Assembly (NCBI GenBank): GCA_013265495.1
Contig: MU058065.1
Span: 8,659,819-8,723,818 of the forward strand
DNA from: Vicugna vicugna
Taxonomy: Eukaryota
DNA: 64,000 nt
Direction: 5' to 3'
Shown here: positions 52,415-64,000 of the stretch, one piece after another
Layout: every line of letters starts with the position of its first letter
How positions within the stretch are numbered: the stretch's first letter is position 1
Program-made: the position numbers and the translations under genes
Notes under the pieces: generated by a model
What the model saw: the letters and a program-made list of their open reading frames with translations, nothing else
What the model was told of the DNA's origin: nothing
The model's database searches: none

Positions 52415-52750
52415 CCTGTTACCTCAGTCTGTTATCACACAACATACTGAGTGAAGAGTGTCCTCCTGGCCTGAGCTAGGCAGATCAGAGTCTCTCCCAG
52501 GAGTTCGGAATGCTCATCTCAGCCTGTCCTGGTTTCTCCAACACAAAAGATGTCACTGGGGAGCTGTGGATCAGCAGGGTTTGGGGCTGTGTGCCCTGAG
52601 GCCGTAAAAACACCTGCAAAAAGAAAATGAAAGAGAAATCTACAGAGAGAAAAGCAGAGAGAGAGTGTGCGTGCTTCCTGGCTCCTCCAGGCTTCCTGGC
52701 TCTTGGTTCTAGTCCCTCAGGAGATCAGGCTGCCTCCACCCTTGGCCTGA
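52415..52750 (+). mobile_element. Old MaLR LTR fragment (MLT1L-like)
   Basis: gatcagagtctctcccagga...agagagaaaagcagagagag...cttggttctagtccctc. Confidence 0.5.
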
Positions 52751-53104
52751 AGTTCACTTCTCTTATATGCAATGGAAGTCTTTCCTAAAACATTGACTTC
52801 ACAAGTTTTCCAACAACAAAGCACAATCATATTCCTTTTATCAAGGTCAGTTATCCAAACTCTCAAGAATTTGAATTTTCGAACCCAGAAGTAATTGTTT
52901 GACGTATCTAAATAGTAAAAGGTATATTTTTGGTCCAGAATGACACAGAGCATCACTCCCAGCTGTATGTAACCCTGCCAACTATCCCCTTCTCCAAAAA
53001 ACTGTAATTCACCAATTATTTATTGGGAAGCTGCTATATGCTCTGTACCAGTCAAATGCTAAAGGTCTGAAAGCCATCAATACACAGCCCTTGCCTCCTA
53101 AGAT

Positions 53105-54600
53105 CTTCCTGATTTCAAACTATACTTTAACCTACAGTAATCAAAACAGTATAGTACTAGCACAAAAAACAGACACATAGATCAATGGAACAGAATAGAG
53201 AGCCCAGAAATAAACCTACACTTACATGGTCAATTAATCTATGACAAGGGAGGCAAGAATATACAATGGGGAAGACAGGTTTTTTGATAAATGGTGTTGG
53301 GAAAAATAGACAGTTTTCTTCATGCAAAACTACATGCAAAAGAATAAAATTGAACTACTTTCTCACATCATATATAATGATAAAATAAAAATAGATTAAA
53401 GACTTAAATGTATGATCTGAAACCATAAAACTCCAAGAAGAAAATATAGGCAGATTATATAGACTTTTTGACATAAGTCTTAGTGTTATTTTTTGGATCT
53501 CCTCAGGCAAAGGAAACAAAAGCAAAAATACACAAATGGGACTATATCAAATTAAAATGCTTTTGCACAGCAAAGGAAACCACCAATGAAACAAAAAGGC
53601 AGCCTAATGAATAGGCCAAGATATTTGCAAATGATAATCCAGTAAGGGGTTAATATCCAAAATAAATAACTCATATAACTCACCATCAAAAAAACAAACA
53701 GCAGATTAAAAAGTGGGCAGAGGATTTGCGTAGATATTTTTCCAAAGAAGACATACAGATGGCCAAATGACACATGGAAAGATGTTCAACATCACTAATA
53801 ATCAGGAAAGCTAGTCAAAACCACAATGAAATACCACCTCACATCTGTCAGAATGGCTGCCATCAAAAAGACAACAAATAACAAGTGTTGATGCACTATT
53901 GGTAGGATTATAAACTTAGACAGCTACTGTGGAACACAGTAAGGAGGTTCTTCAAGAAATTAAAAAATATAACTACTATACAACCCAGCAATTCCACTCT
54001 GGATATTTATCCAAAGAAACCAAAAATACTAATTCTATAAGAAATATGCACACAAATGTTCATAGGCGGCATTATTTAAAACAGCCAAGATATGGAAGCA
54101 ACCTAACTATCCCTTGATAGATGAATGGATAAAGATGTGGTATATATGTAATGGAATACTACTCAGCCATAAAAAGTGAAATCCTGCCATTTGTGACAAC
54201 ATGGATGGATCTAGAGGGTATCATGCTAAGTGACATAAGTCAGACAGAGAAAGACAAATAGCATATCATTGCACTTTTATGTGTAATCTAAAAAACAAAA
54301 CAAAACAAACAAAATGAAAACAGACTCATAGATACAGAGAACAAACAGATGGTTGCCAGAAGGGAGGGGGCTGAGGGGTGGGCAACATAGGTGAAGGGGA
54401 TTAAGCAGTAAAAGCTTCTAGCTATAAAACAAATAAGTCATAGGGGAAGGGATATGGTCGATAATATTGTAATAACTTCATATGGGGACAGATGGTTACT
54501 AGACTTATGGTGGTGATCATTTTGTGATTTATGAAAATGTCAAATCACTATGTAGGATACCTGAAACTAACATAATATTGTATAATTTCAATTAAAAAAA
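53105..54600 (+). mobile_element. 5'-truncated L1 (L1MA9-like) inserted in an L2 fragment
   Basis: ORF2 C-terminal DNA motifs (cttcctgatttcaaactatac...gatcaatggaacagaatagagagcccagaaataaac), 3' UTR and poly(A). Confidence 0.9.
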
Positions 54601-55369
54601 GAATTTTCCATTCTGACTTAGAAAATACGGAGAAACTAAGAATTGAAACAAATAGCTTATGAGACAGGCAAATTTTGTAAAAAATGTAAGATAAGTAAGT
54701 TAGTAACCTCTGAGATGTGTCAGACATTGATAAAGTAAGCAGAGCATTTGTATAATGAACATGACTAGAAAGGGATGGAAAGAGCAACAGACACCTAACA
54801 GTCACGATATACTAAATAAATGTGAGGCTGTGAATCATCAAATACTCATGACATGCTGAAGATACAGGACGCATATGAGGCATTAGCTATTTACAATGTC
54901 ACAATTCAGCTGACCATTGGCTCCTCACATCCCCTGCACAATGAATGGAAAATAAAATCCATAGCTGCTCATCAGGCAAACTGCATTACAGCTATCAGCC
55001 AGATAGAGGCACTTGCTTCCAAATCTGTAGAGCAAGTGTTTTGACCAGCGCACCTTCTATGTATTGAGCCACTTCACTCAAATCTCAACTCTGGTCCTTG
55101 CTAGCATACCCTTATCAAGGGAGACAGAGACAGGACTGAGGATTCAGGTAATGTCATCTTTCCAAGATATGCCTACATGTCAGATACGTGACCCTACCCC
55201 ATCTCTTTCACTTTGCTTCTTGCTGTGTGTTTTCAACTGATTTAATAAACCATGTAATTTAACATCTTGTTTTGATCTGTAAGCCCTTCTGTTCTGTGAT
55301 CTCTTGGGTAGCCTGCCTGTTGTTAGACTCACAGGCTTCCATTGCAGCAAGGTAATTTCCCCGACTACA

Positions 55370-56080
55370 ATAGTATTTACAAGTTTTTAACTTGGATATG
55401 AATGGCATCATGTTGTACATATTCACCTGCAATTTGCTCTTTTATCCAGCATCATGTATGTGAGATTCTTCCATGGAAGATATGTGGCTCTATTTAATTT
55501 ATTTTCTTAGCTATATTCACTATATGAATATATCACAATTTTATTCAGATTCTTTTTTTAACTTTTATTGAGTTATAGTCTTTTTAAAATGTTGTGTCAA
55601 CACCACTGTAGAGCACAATTTTTCAGCTATACATGAACATACATATATTCATTGTCACATTTATTTTTGCTATGAGCTACCATAAGATCTTTTTTTTGTG
55701 TGTGTGTGTTTTTTTTGCTTTTTTTTGCACAAGATCTTGTATATATTTCCCTGTGCTATACAGTATCATAAATTCTTCTTTTGATATAACGTAGGTTTGT
55801 TTCCAATTTTTAACTACTACAACCAGTGATGCTGTGAATTTTCTTGTACATATCTCTTGGGCACATCTAAGAGAGCTGCTCTGAGAATATACCGGGGAGT
55901 GCAGTTTCTGAGTCAAAGAGTATGCACACATTTAACTTGACCAAATATTGCCAAATTGCTCTCCAAAGTGATTGCACCAATTTATATCCTTATCAGAAGT
56001 ATATGAGTCCCTATGTTCTTAATCCTAGCCAACAATTTCTGTTGTCAGACAAACATTTTTGCTGATTTAATGAATGGATG
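55370..56080 (-). mobile_element. Old L1 (L1MC/ME-like) 3' fragment hosting a younger L1
   Basis: gtttccaatttt...tttcttgtacatatctcttgg...ttgccaaattgctctccaaagtgattgcaccaatttat. Confidence 0.7.
55553..55766 (-). mobile_element. Short camelid-type L1 3' end
   Basis: Closely similar to 35690-35857 (gtagagcacaatttttcag...atacatgaa...cattgtcacat...gctaccataagatctt...atatttccc...gctatacagtat). Confidence 0.9.
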
Positions 56081-56834
56081 CACTCTCGTCAGAAAGAAAT
56101 AATAATTGTGACAATTAAAAAACCTTGTAGCATTTCCTTAGTACTTCGATCATGAGGGAAAAAAATCTGTGTAAATTTTTTGTCATACTTTTGGACTTTC
56201 CCATCATCTGTTTAGGGCCAAGTAAAATTTCCCATTTCTCTTTCCAACTCTGTGGACATCACAGGAAAAACAACTCTGCAACAAAATGTGTCTTTTTTTT
56301 TCCCCGTAGGGATTAGGGCTTGGAAGAATACCATGTTGTTTGCTTTATGTCACAAAAATATCCCTCTGATATGGGATAATGGGCACAAGAAAAAGAATGT
56401 GGTTGCATCGATGCTAATCAGTCATCGCTAAGTACATGACATAATGATGGCGGGTCAGTAGCTGAACAACTATTACTCATAGGCTAAGAATGCACTCACC
56501 TAAAAAATTCTAGAAAGTTGCTCCTTGCCCCCAAATGTGTACTCCAGGGGCTTGCTCCATGCCTTAAATTTGACTATTAGAAATTACTGTACTGGGTTCA
56601 AAGTTTTTCATATTTAAGAAACCCCAAAAGTACTCATGTATCATTAGCACCTTATTTGTCACATCTCTTTCAAAAGCACAAAGGGAATGGAATATAGAAC
56701 CTGCGAGTGCCACTGGGTATAAAATAGAAGCCATTCTCAGCTTATTCCGCTACCTAATCTGGCACATTCGGACAGGCAAATCTTTGTTCTTAAATTCTTG
56801 CTGAAGCCTTTTGGGTGACTCCCCAGCAGCACTA

Positions 56835-56995
56835 GCAGTGTTCTCAAAATGCGGTCTAGGGGTCCCTTTTGGCTTCAGATCCTCCAAGGTAATTGTTTGA
56901 AAAAAGCAGATTTCTGAGTTCCAGCCCAGGCCTACACTCAGAATGTTTGAGTGTGAGGCCCCGGAATCTGTGTTTTCAACAAATTACCCAACTTG
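56835..56995. mobile_element. MER5-like hAT transposon
   Basis: cagtgttctcaaaatgcggtc...gcagatttctgag...gtgaggccccggaatctgtgttttcaacaa. Confidence 0.7.
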
Positions 56996-59269
56996 ATTTG
57001 AAAAAAAAAAAACAAAACTTTTTTACAATTGGGACGTATAAAATACATCAAGAAAAGTACTGAAACCATAAATATGCGGTTCAATAAATTATTACAAAGT
57101 GAGCCACCATACAGCCACAGTATAAAACAAGAAAAGAGTCTTGCCGGCACTTCAGAAGTCCTGCTTGTTCCCTTTCCAATCACCTCCCTCCTCCCTAATT
57201 TCAACTATTATTCTGATGTCTCCCACTACCGGTTTGAGTCTTGCACTCATTGAAGATGGGAGCTACAGCAACAGGATAAAATCCGCATGGCTTAGGGTAT
57301 CATATGAGGATGCTGCATAACTTGGGTCTTTGCAACCTCATCTTCTGTCTCTGCCCTCTTCACATTTCATTCTGAAGTCATTTGGAAGCAGTTATGCGTC
57401 ATTTTACAATTATTGCCCTAATTCACTGCTCTCACTTCACGCTGTTTCACTGCCTCTGTGCTTGCTGGGGAGTGCCTGTACTTCCTGAGTCTTTCCATTA
57501 AATTCATTCTTCATGACCTGCCCAATTACTACTTTCTTGTCAACCTCATGACTTTTGCCCCTGTGCCCCATCCAAGGCAGAACCATCACTCCTTCCATTG
57601 TGTGACTAAGAAAATTTTACAATGCAGAACAACTATTCTACGAGTCTATTCCCCTTTCTAGACCAGGAATTAGGGCAGAGATTTATTTATTTATTTATTT
57701 GTAATTCTCTAGAGTATAATACGGGCTTAGTGTGTGTCCTTCAGTAGCTGCTTAGTTATTAATCAAACAAATAATCTCCAGGTATACACATCTTTGGAAA
57801 TGTCACACACTGCAACATTAACACCCCCTGGTATATTTGCATCAGATCTTCTTCTCCCTTGTCAGGAAACGAACCAAACTCAGACATCAGGAGAACACTG
57901 GGTGCCTGAGAAGAGGCTGAAAGCAAGTGAAGGAAGTGGAGTGAAATGCAAAGGGGGAGGTGGGGGGCCAGAGTGATGTTGCCAAGATCTCTAGGGGGCC
58001 CTGAAGAGAAGGGAGCAATCACACTGCTTCACGCAGCACTGGGGTGCCTGCCTCACCAGAGTCCTCCCTTCCTTCTCAGACAGGACGGCTAGCTGTCACA
58101 TGGCTGTGCTGTGTGGGAAGCCTAGACTAATCTGACTTCTTTACAACATCTTTCTCTGCCTCTTAATTGCCTTCACACTGTCCATCTGCTTCTGGGTGTC
58201 CATTCTTGTTTGAAAAATGCCACCTTATATGTAACCTGCCTATTTCTTGATCTCAACATACAAGGAAGGTGGAGTGTTCAGTCCTTCAGAACGCCTACCC
58301 ATCCATAGTATGTGTGAGTAGGAGTGGAGGGCGACAACGAGGCACACAGAGGGGCCTTGTGTAACTGCCCTGGTGCTCAGAGGCTCTGGATCCTAAGCAT
58401 CTGGGCAGCCTGCCACAGGAACCTTCTCAGCAATGTAAATAGCCCTTACACAAATGAACCTAGACTGTTAGGCAAACTGAGAAGTTGCAAGAACAGGAAC
58501 AAGAAGAATGACTCAAAATTTATATAATCCAAGAAAGATACTGTAAAACAAAATTAAAACCTATCAGAAAGACAGTGATTGCCGGTGGTTTGATCCCTGG
58601 GATGGGGCTAGGGGTGGCTTTGAGTCTGGAGATAACCAGACTGGCCTGCATGAAGCCAGCACTCTTGGGAGATGGCTGTGTCTGTGAAATGAAGGAATAG
58701 CGGAGCCCTGCAAACTATAGTGTCGGAGAGAGTAGGCCCCTCTGTCCTCCCCTAAAGAACCACGCAGTCTGCAGAAGGGTCTCAAGCAGTGCGGGATCAG
58801 CACGGCATCTGGGGGGCCCAGTCTACTGCAGAGACACAGGCAGTGAGAAACAGTGACATTAGAGGCCGCCCAGATGCCAATTCTGTTGCTGTTTGGCTGT
58901 GGAAGCTCGATGATGAAAGAATCCCAAAAGCCTGGGACGGCATCAGTCCCTGGAGGAGGGGCACTCTCAAGAAGATACAAGTGGATAAATGCCTGAATGA
59001 TTAATCAGAAAAATAAAAGATTAAAGCCTTCATGATAAATATATATACACCATACATATTCACAACTGATACACACACACACACACATATCTGACACTTG
59101 GTAGGCTTTCTGGACACGTAGTTATATAGGACTAATTACATATGAATGGCTCAATATGTACATATTTGTTGGATAATTTCCTGATTTTTGTTGCCCTCTT
59201 CAAATAGATAAATATAGAATTGTTTTTATTTTTCTTTCACTGTAAACTGCTTTCGAAGGATCCTTCTTT

Positions 59270-59790
59270 AAAATAACATTTAAATTTCCCCCTGATTTTT
59301 CAGAGTAATGCATGTTTGTAGTTGAAAGTTTTGGAAATTAAAAAAAGGATAAAAATTATCTGTAATACTGTCATCCAGAGAAAACCACTGCTAACATTTG
59401 GTAAACTGCCTTTCATATTTAGGCAGAGGGATTATAGTTTGTTCTGCTCTGTCCTGTTCTGTCCACTACTATTGTATCATGAGCATTTCCCGAAGTTATT
59501 AATAAGTAAATATATTCTGTCATATAGATATGCTATAACTTAACCAATTCATCACTTTTGGATGTTTTGGTTTTTCAATTTTATAGATAATGTCGTGGTA
59601 AAAAACCTCTTCTTAAATGTTTATAAAATTAGGCTAATCTTCTAGAAGTGAATCTGCTGGATCAAACTGTATGACCACTTTGAAACACTTGGTTCAATTT
59701 ACCAAATTACCCTTCTAAAGGTTGTTTACTTTTTGACCAGCAATTTGCATAAAAGCCCCTAACCTTACCAACATCAGAATTATTTGGAAA
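59270..59790 (-). mobile_element. Old L1ME-like 3' fragment
   Basis: ccagagaaaaccactgctaacatttgg...tagaagtgaatctgctggatcaaa...ccaaattaccctt. Confidence 0.6.
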
Positions 59791-60316
59791 AATTTATTTA
59801 AGGAATATATTTATAGTTGGCAAAAACTCTCACTCTGTCACCTTTAGAGATTGTTGTTACAGTAGGAAATGAAAAAAATACAGCAATAGTTTCTATTATT
59901 AAGAAATCAAGGTCCTTAATGTTTCTGGCTACCATATATCATGGCCAATCCTGGGCAAGTGGATAAGCCATGATGTTTAGCACAACAGTATAATTCAGAC
60001 TGTAACTTGGCAATTGGATGTGAACAGAACCATGTTTATTTCAACAGTTTTAAATCTCTTATTGTACAATACATGCATTGTCCTTTCCAAGTGTCTGCTC
60101 CTAGAAGGCAGTCAGTATTGAGTAATTTGTTGTGACTATTAGCACAACTCATTAATATTAACACACTAAATTTCTTCATATGTCTACCACAGCGTGAAGA
60201 CTCTTGGTGCAGTGGGTGTTTTTTTGAGCCCATCCTGCTTTCTCTTTTTTTCCCAATACATGCCTGTATCTGATACATTCACCACCTCTCCCAACCCAAC
60301 TTAAAGATAACATACA

Positions 60317-60348
60317 TTATAAATCAACTTAAAATGTTAAAAAAAAAA
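60317..60348 (+). mobile_element. Ultra-short L1 insertion (about 22 nt of L1 3' terminus plus poly(A)) with a 14-bp TSD
   Basis: TSD aaagataacataca at 60303-60316 and 60349-60362; insert ttataaatcaacttaaaatgtt+A-run resembles the terminus of the L1 at 35.7 kb. Confidence 0.8.
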
Positions 60349-61091
60349 AAAGATAACATACAGGCTCTCTCCAAGTGAAGAGAGCAGGATAACCGCTGTT
60401 GCTCTGCCCTTCTTCCTGCAGCTTTATCTCAAATACTCCATCCCATGATTGCCATCTGTCCCAGGTCAAGAGCACATTTTGGTGTCTAGCTTACAGGAAT
60501 TTTCCTTAGGATGACCTCTTCTCTGTCTCTTGTTCTTTCCTCCTTCAGGAGAATCATGCATTTGGGTACTTTTGCTTTGGTTTTTCACTTCCCCTGGAAA
60601 ACTTATGTCCACTTTAGTTAGCTTCTCACAAATGTAGTTATCTTTTTGTCTCTTTATCTCTTTCCACTTTCTTCCAACTCTTGCCCTTTCACTTCAAGAA
60701 AGGTTCTTTTCCTTCTCATGCCCTTTTCCTATTCTTTGCTCTAAATCTTGGTTGACAAGGCATGTACCTCAGTCAAGGAGACAATTATCTGCCGTGTGGA
60801 ATGCTTAAAAGGGGGACTTGAGTTGGTGGGTCCTTTGCCTGCAGTAGACTTGAAGAGGAGACAAGAGCAGAGACAAAGTGGGAGAATGAGCACAGACTTG
60901 CTGTCAATCTCAGCAAATTGGGTGGAGAAGAGCAAAAGCCAAACATGGGATAGTGAGGAGGAAGCAAGCAAGCCAAGAATGAAGTATGCAAATGCAAGAT
61001 GGTTTGGATAAATTCCAGAGACTGAGCAGAGTATTTTTTTACCTACTCTCCACTGGCCTTGAGCAGTTAGTGGAGAATTAGTAAAGGCCAG

Positions 61092-61455
61092 TGTTTTAGT
61101 CCACTTAGGCTGCTATAATGAAAAGTACCGTAGACTGGATGGCTTAAATGACAAATGTTCATTTCCCACGGTCTGCTATCTGGGGAGTCCAGGGTCAAGG
61201 CACCAGCAGATGATTTGGTGTCTGATGCGGGGCCACTTCCTGGTACACAGATGGCTGTTTTCTTGCTACGTCCTCACATGTCAGAATCATGAAGAGAGCT
61301 CTCTGGGGTCTTGTGTGTAAGAACACTAATCCCATTCATGAGGACTTCACCCTCATGACCTCAGCATCTCCCAAAAGCCCACCTCCTAATACCATCACAT
61401 TGGAGGTTTGCATTTCAATATATGAATTTTGGGGGGACACAAACATTATGTAACA
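61092..61455 (-). mobile_element. MaLR solo LTR (MLT1A-like)
   Basis: TG...CA ends, perfect 5-bp TSD gccag (61087-61091 and 61456-61460); cactaatcccattcatgagg...cccacctcctaataccatcacattgg. Confidence 0.9.
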
Positions 61456-64000
61456 GCCAGGACTGAGTGCACAGTAGTTGGTGTTGTTGAGGCCTGAAAT
61501 AGTGTCATGGAATAGTTAACTATGTCAGTTTTGCACAGTGAATGCCAGAGAAAGGGGAAAAGGTGGGGAAAAAAGAGAAAGAGTAGCTGAGCTGTAACCA
61601 GAGAGAGAGGATAGAGGGGAAGAAAAACAAGGCACTAATCCCTAAAAAATGTCCGGAAATTCTCTTTAGATAGTCTTTTCAAAAGTTTCCATTTACATTC
61701 TCTTCTGTCTTAAAGACAAACTTTTAAAATAAAACCAGAATTATTCTTCATTCAGTTAAACGTTTGGTGTATTTACTGCCTAAAATTTTATTATTTCTGC
61801 TCTTTATATCAGCAATGCAGAGTATAAATGTCCTATCTGTAGAAGTCAACTGGTTTAGATGACTTCTAAGGTCCTACCTACCCACCCCAAAATCTGTAAT
61901 TCTGTATTTTCACTTGCATTTTATTAGCATTTGTAGTCCATCTGGGAATCCAATGATTTCATTTCTTTTTTTTTTTTCCCAACAGGGATTGCAATACAAG
62001 TAAATAACCAACTTATAAACTACTAGAAACTAAACTAGTTGTATGTTGAATTTCTGCAAATTACTTGAAAATACTTTGAATATACAAAGGAAGTTGAACT
62101 AGGTGAAGTTCATAATCCTTTAAATCTTAAAATTCTATGATATCTTGTAATAATATGCAATATATGAAGATTTGCTTATTTTTTAGAAGAGCAAGTGTTT
62201 TTAAAGTGCTGGCTCTTGAAATGATCCATTATATATTCCTATTAGCATACTTTTAAGAAACTTGTTTATAATCTGCATATATTTAAAAATATTAAAATCT
62301 CCATACACTAAAAAAATCTATTTAATCTACAATACACAACCAAAACTTTAAATTTCATGTTGAAAAACAAGGGATATTTAAATTATATTTCCTATAATAT
62401 GAATATTACACATGACTCAGTTAACTGTCAGGACACCACCACAGAGAGTGGAAAATTTGTTAAGCATGGAATTGTTCTGAGTCAACAATAGAAGAACAAA
62501 AGGGTAGAATTATACTATATCTTAGATCCTGTAGCTCATAGGCCATGATGTTATTCTTTATTTCCTCTAAGATCATTAAAAATCTGTCATTTATTCTTTT
62601 GCTTTGAATCACTGAAGCATTTTAAAGAAATTTTTCTAAAAGTAGTTAATTCTCTTTCAGGGACACTTTCATTCTAATGTCAGAAGAACTACCAATTTTC
62701 TACTTTTTTTTTTTTTTACCAAAAACTTTATTTTTAGTTTCACAATATGATAATTTTTTTGTCCCCAAACTCCTATTTTTACAAATGCACTAATCATCGA
62801 AGTATTTTTAAGAATTATTTTTTAGATCCTATTAAATAGACATCTACTGAATTCAAGAGAAGTGGGAGACATACAGAATGGAATGGACTATAGAATAACC
62901 AGAAACCGTAACTGTTACCTCACAGGATGGAATGCTTTCCCTTAACAAACCACAAGGGCCTGGGAATGGGAAAAGAATATGTGTGTGTTGTGGGGGAGGT
63001 GGTGCTTAAGGGTGGCATTGGCGATGAAAGTAAGTGGTAAGAAGGTAAGTAAGAATCAACACTTCTTCACTTCTTTGAGTTGTCTCAGATACAGGTGAAT
63101 GCCTCAATTCTTTTTTTGAGCAGCCATATTGATTAGTGTTGTCATTTAGACATACAGAACTGGATGCTAAAAGCTTTAAATTTTATCTTTCCTTCCTCCC
63201 ACCATTTCCTCCAGTGTTTAAGGCAATGCAAAGTGGGCCAAAAATGTCATTCTTAATGTGGGAAAAATATACTATCTAAATGTGCTCAGAAAACAAACAA
63301 GGAGAGATTTCAGTGTCTAACTGTAGAAATAATCAGTTACAAGTCAGAAGAAAAAGTATCTGCCCTGACCCATTTCCTTTTCAGCATTACATTCAGGGCT
63401 GGCCAGACATATATAAGTTTGGCAAGAGGATTTAAAGTTGTTTCTTCCAATTCTGGAAACAATTCTACTGAGAGGCTCAATAGTCCAGTTAAAACTACTC
63501 ATTTTATGACTTGTGAATCACTGATTGTACATCTTTATGGAAGAAAGTTATTTTTCTCTAGCTGTTCAGAACCAACAATGTCTACAAAGCATCAAGATTC
63601 CAGAGAAGAAATGGAAGAAAAGAATTCTAAATATTTAATTTGTTCATTTGAAAATCGGTAACCTGTATCCTTCCAAGAAGTGGCCTTTATTTCATTACAA
63701 CCTAAGTTAACTTTCTCTTAAGCAGAACAGGGTCCACAACTGCAAAATCCAGACAATTAGGCTAAGACACACTTCCAATAGTGATTCTTCAGTTGAAGAA
63801 AAATTTGAGGAAGTAAGCACGCTTATTCATATGAAGTATCAACACAAACATTCCAGACAGAACCTTTCACTAACACTGGAGAAAGAGGTTTAATTATATA
63901 TTCCATTGTGGCATTACTCATTCCCATAACATCTTTTTGCAAAAAGGAAAACGTTCAGTACTTTAATAAGGTCTTTTTCTTTCAATGTTATCACCCCATC

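Noticed and set aside
58564..58980. 138-aa minus-strand ORF
   Set aside because: No recognisable domain or splice context; consistent with a chance ORF in moderately GC-rich DNA.
61700..63300. AT-rich stretch as a long 3' UTR
   Set aside because: It contains decayed MIR3-like fragments, no linked coding exon is visible, and AATAAA hits are expected by chance.
63640..63662. catttgaaaatcggta resembling miR-29
   Set aside because: The seed (tagcacc) is absent and there is no complementary hairpin arm.
1..64000. CRISPR array, operon, or prokaryotic defence or mobile system
   Set aside because: The sequence is CpG-depleted mammalian DNA with no long ORFs and no regularly spaced repeat-spacer structure.

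Overview
This is mammalian non-coding DNA, intergenic or deep intronic. It is most likely from a camelid: the youngest LINE-1 3' UTRs resemble the Vicugna/Camelus L1 family as I recall it, and I see no Alu, BovB/Bov-tA, PRE-1, CanSINE or B1/B2 elements. I find no recognisable host protein-coding gene, tRNA, rRNA, known miRNA or CRISPR array. The short ORFs in the track are either chance ORFs or fragments of transposon proteins (L1 ORF2, CR1 RT, ERV-L gag, Tigger HTH). The window is a layered transposon record: a decayed, internally deleted ERV-L provirus (about 21.5-25.6 kb) with gag/pro/RT/RNase H/IN remnants, many MaLR/ERVL/ERV1 solo LTRs, old and young L1s, HAL1, L2, CR1/L3, MIR, and hAT and Tigger DNA transposons. 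The most notable structures are: a four-level nested insertion with readable TSDs (3.5-7.2 kb); a young L1 with a perfect 19-bp TSD and an unexplained 5' filler; two extremely short retrotransposition scars (55.7 and 60.3 kb); and two small CpG-rich candidate regulatory elements (14.3 and 51.9 kb). I found no evidence of a new biological system. Repeat subfamily names come from remembered consensus sequences, and boundaries are approximate unless TSDs are quoted.
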